Shown in pieces: positions 60,601-64,000 of a DNA stretch of 64,000 bases. The DNA is from Lytechinus pictus. Taxonomy: Eukaryota. Position numbers and translations under genes: made by a program. The stretch covers positions 18,664,001-18,728,000 of the forward strand of contig NC_087250.1 in the NCBI RefSeq assembly GCF_037042905.1. Reading direction: 5' to 3'. The first letter of the stretch is position 1; every line of letters begins with the position of its first letter. The notes under the pieces were generated by a model, which searched no databases, had not been told where the DNA came from, and saw only the letters and a program-made list of their open reading frames with translations.

Positions 60601-63544
60601 CCCCCTGTGAAAAAACCTAGATAAGCCACTACAACTGTCGATCTTCTAGAGCATTCTAAATTAATCTCTAATAAGGACATTTGATTCAGTCTTGAACAGT
60701 CTAATTCTACATGTTCTATTGAAGAGTCTTGAATGACGCCAGTGAAATTAACAATGTAAACAACATACCTAACTCCGTCGCCCTTTTTCCTTGCCTGCAA
60801 TTCCTATTGGCTGCTAGGATTACCAGTTCCTTGTAAATTTTAACATAGTGAGCATTCCACTGCCTGAGTAAATAATGACCGCTATCATTTTTTTCCCGAC
60901 AATTTGCGAAAAGGGTCCCCTAAATTTCTAAAAATGGTCGGGTCCAATAATTTACCAGTTGTTTTGTGAAAATTATAAAAAAAAATATCGAATGTTCGGG
61001 TATACTGGACTTGACGTTTCGTGAATCTAGGGGGTCCTTTTCCCGAATGGTCAGGTATACGCGATTCCCCGAACCGATGCGATAACCCAATGTAATGGCA
61101 CAAACCTTTTCACGGTGATGTTCACAGAATCATAGACTAAAATTAAAAGAATATTATTCGGATGCAATGCGAGTCACCAGTTATTGAATCCATTATCTAA
61201 CCGACGAATGTCCATCTTTTCATAGGTCCATGTTATCACATAACATTGAGTCTAGTGTTGTAATATAATTTCATTGAGACGTTCAAGAATATTCTTGTCT
61301 ACTTTTATAGGACATAGCAAAACAAATCGCGTCTGCAATCCGTCTCTGGAGTTTCTAGAAACAGCCAAATGAATACAACTTATTATCATACAATTCTTCT
61401 TTTATGTAATAATAAACGCTCAACCAAACCGAAACACACACGCACACATCCACCCTTATGCATACGTACAGTACTGCTATATGTTACCTTGGTTTGTACA
61501 AATTGCATCCTTTCATTTCTGAGCATCTTCACCACGTGAAAGACATCAACAGCGTCTTCTTCGTCTACTTGTGCGATGCACTCAAGCGTGCTACAGAATA
61601 CACCAGTTCGGCCAACTCCATTCCTATAAATATGTGAAAGTGTTAACAAAGTTATACCAAACCTGCATATGTTAAGAAATACAGGCATTAATCGCATTGT
61701 ATTAAATTTGTTCTATTAAAAATTATGAAAATTAATTTGGTGTTTTACAAACTTATTTATGTGTATCCGTAGAAAAAAAGGATGATTTCATCCACTGACG
61801 TAGATAGCGCAGACAGATAAGATAACAAAAATCTCGGATCGACTCAATTGATATTAAGGGGAAAATCGTCATACCCCAATAGTGTAAGGTACAGGAAAAG
61901 CAGATGAAGCCGTGAAACACTTTTCAGGAACCAGGAATAAAATCGTATTAGAACGATGCCAAGGCACGATTGATTTCTTTAATCTTCCCTTACCAAGCTT
62001 ATACTTACATGCAATGAACAAGCACTGGGGACCCTTCTGGTGATCTTCTTAAAGTTTCTTGAACTTTTGTCATCAGATTGATTAGTTGAGGAGCTCGATT
62101 CTCTTGCTGCTCGGCCTCTTTTGGCCAGTCTAAGAACTGGTACTGCTTCACGACATGTCGAGACTGGAATGAGTAAACAAATTACACCCAAGAGCATCCA
62201 CGGAAAGTCCCCCCTCATACATCGCGAGCATGATCAACACCTACCAACCCTCCCGATCACTTCGGCCATCCAACAAGAACCTTTTAGTTGTTCCCAATGC
62301 AACCTCCCACACCCAGGGCGACAGAGCCTTTTCAGTTGTGGCTCTTACACTCTGGAACTCAATCCCTCTTAGCTTAAGATCCCATTCCTCTCTAAGTTCC
62401 TTTAAAGTAGCACTTAAGACATATCTCTTCCGTAAATAGTATGATTTTTTACAGTTAATATGTCCATAGTTAAGTTAGTATTTTAGATATGTAAGGTAGT
62501 TACGTTGGATGTTTAGTTATGTAAGGTAGTTAAGTTAATAAGTGAGTTTAGTTTATAAAGTTAAGTAGTTAGGTTTTGCGATGTAGAGCGCTTAGAGAAA
62601 TTTTGTTAGGCGCTATATAAATATTGAATTATTGTTATTATTAATTCATGATATCTGTAATTTTGCAAGGTACCAGCTCTCCGCAATATGTGATTTATCA
62701 GGATATTTCCACGTCCACAAAAAAATCCACACGTCTCAATTTGCAGGATGCCATTTGTCAATGACATTCATCAAGTCGTACAGTACAATGTTGGATCTGT
62801 TTTTACTTACGACTACCAGTCCCTAAATTCTGATTATTTGTATTTACTTATATAAATATATTATCTGTTTTTATTAAGTAAATGCCACTTTAGTACTTTG
62901 ATCATTTATTTTGTTTGTTCTTTAAAATAATTAACTTGTAGTTTTGAAACTGCTTCTAAAAGGATACATAACCTATTCATCTAATCCAGATGATATTTAA
63001 GGTATATGTTTTTCCAAAAGTCCCGGTACATATTCCAAAAAATAAAACCTTTGAACCTGATTCACACCATACCGCTTTATGTACATCATGTAAGCCATTT
63101 GTACAGTTTCTTTCGTTCATCACACACCCCCACTAGTGGACGACATATTTCAACTCCCCCTTTTCTAATATCATGCAAGTGTCCATAATCTTCCCCTAAT
63201 TTCATTAAAAATTATAATTAATTTGCAATAACAATTTAAAGCTAATGAAATACCGAAAGCTAACTTGTAATAAAAATAGATTATTTCCCAACACAAGAAA
63301 ACTTTATGAAACGGTATCTGAAAATGCATTAACATTTGCAGATGGGCTGTGGGTAAACACATATTTCATTTTTTAAATGAGATTTTATAAAAATGAGATG
63401 TAGAAGAAGGGGTACCTGTGATTTATTTCTTGTGACTCGCATCTCCCTCTCAATCAGTCCTTCGTTCTCAGAGACAGACACCGTAGTGATAGAAAAGGAT
63501 CCGAAAGTTGCAACAGCATTGTCCAACCAGTATTGGACACAATT
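57416..63544 (-). CDS. Protein tyrosine phosphatase, C-terminal (probably receptor-type D2) domain; last four exons, 5' part beyond the window
   Basis: Exons 63544-63416, 62163-62009, 61623-61488 and 57628-57416 splice in frame to CVQYW...KQYQFLDWPK...PVLVHCMNGVGRTGVFC...VDVFHVVKMLRNERMQFVQTKEEYSFIY. Confidence 0.92.
59498..60165. mobile_element. PIF/Harbinger-like MITE with TTA TSD in the last PTP intron
   Basis: TTA|AGGCCTGGTCACACCGCCCG ... CGGGCGGTGTGACCAGGCCT|TTA (20-bp perfect TIR). Confidence 0.9.
61488..61623 (-). CDS. PTP exon (P-loop to Q-loop)
   Basis: NGVGRTGVFCSTLECIAQVDEEDAVDVFHVVKMLRNERMQFVQTK; 136 nt. Confidence 0.93.
62009..62163 (-). CDS. PTP exon (WPD-loop equivalent to VHC)
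   Basis: SRHVVKQYQFLDWPKEAEQQ...GSPVLVHC; 155 nt, donor gtaagt. Confidence 0.92.
62195..62643 (+). mobile_element. L2-type LINE 3' end fragment in PTP intron
   Basis: YQPSRSLR...GDRAFSV....LWNSIP..LR...SLSSFK..LKTYLF*, followed by an agcgc...gcgctatataaat stem and (TTA)n tail. Confidence 0.85.
63416..63544 (-). CDS. PTP exon (CxQYW motif)
   Basis: NCVQYWLDNAVATFGSFSITTVSVSENEGLIEREMRVTRNKSQ; 129 nt, phase 0-0. Confidence 0.88.
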
Positions 63545-64000
63545 CTAAAGGATCAGAATAATCATTATGTGATTTAAGTAATAAGGCATATCGGCCCACT
63601 TTAATTATTTATCGAAACAGTCATCACATTACTTCTTTACCGTTAACTGGGGAATAACCAATCTCAATCATCATAATGAATGGGAAAACTGAAAATATTA
63701 AAACTGACACCAGCTGATATGCCCCTTGAGGAACAAACCCTAACGCAATAAGATAATGAGTTAGATAAAACAAAACCACAAGTGTTGTACATCTGTGAAA
63801 GATTGGTACAAAGAGTGTTCACAGTAAGTTCATATAGTCGACATACATTGGTGATCGAAAGTTAGTGAACCCAACCGGAAAAGGAACACATTTAAAGCGT
63901 CCAAGTTCTGCAATGTTTTAGATATTTGATGGTAAAGTCAGGTGATAAATAAAGGTTGTTTCTGCGGGCTCGCCCAACATTGTAGTGTCATTGTCTACAT

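Overview
Eukaryotic (metazoan) genomic DNA, AT-rich and repeat-dense. The repeat types and gene style suggest an invertebrate deuterostome such as a sea urchin (inference, not tested). Three spliced protein-coding genes can be assembled by hand with GT-AG junctions and consistent phases. (1) The 3' end of an EGF + C-type lectin gene (+, exons ~85-222, 767-1066, 12504-12655). (2) An apparently complete 14-exon, ~838-aa single-pass LDL-receptor-family-like protein (+, 29275-51220) with the order signal peptide-EGF-degenerate beta-propeller-LDLa-YWTD propeller-EGF-sushi-TM-Tyr-rich tail. (3) The 3' end of a protein tyrosine phosphatase (-, 63544-57416, D2-like domain) whose last exon is interrupted by a small DNA transposon that supplies a premature stop. 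The rest is mobile DNA: one intact two-ORF CR1/L2-group LINE (35980-~40700, -), truncated LINEs, tRNA-derived SINEs, many MITEs (Tc1/mariner-, hAT-, Kolobok-, PIF/Harbinger- and Academ-like by termini and TSD), Helentron-type elements with AGGTCA-rich tandem arrays, a satellite array and microsatellites. There is no CRISPR array, rRNA or prokaryotic system. All calls are by eye; no database searches were run.
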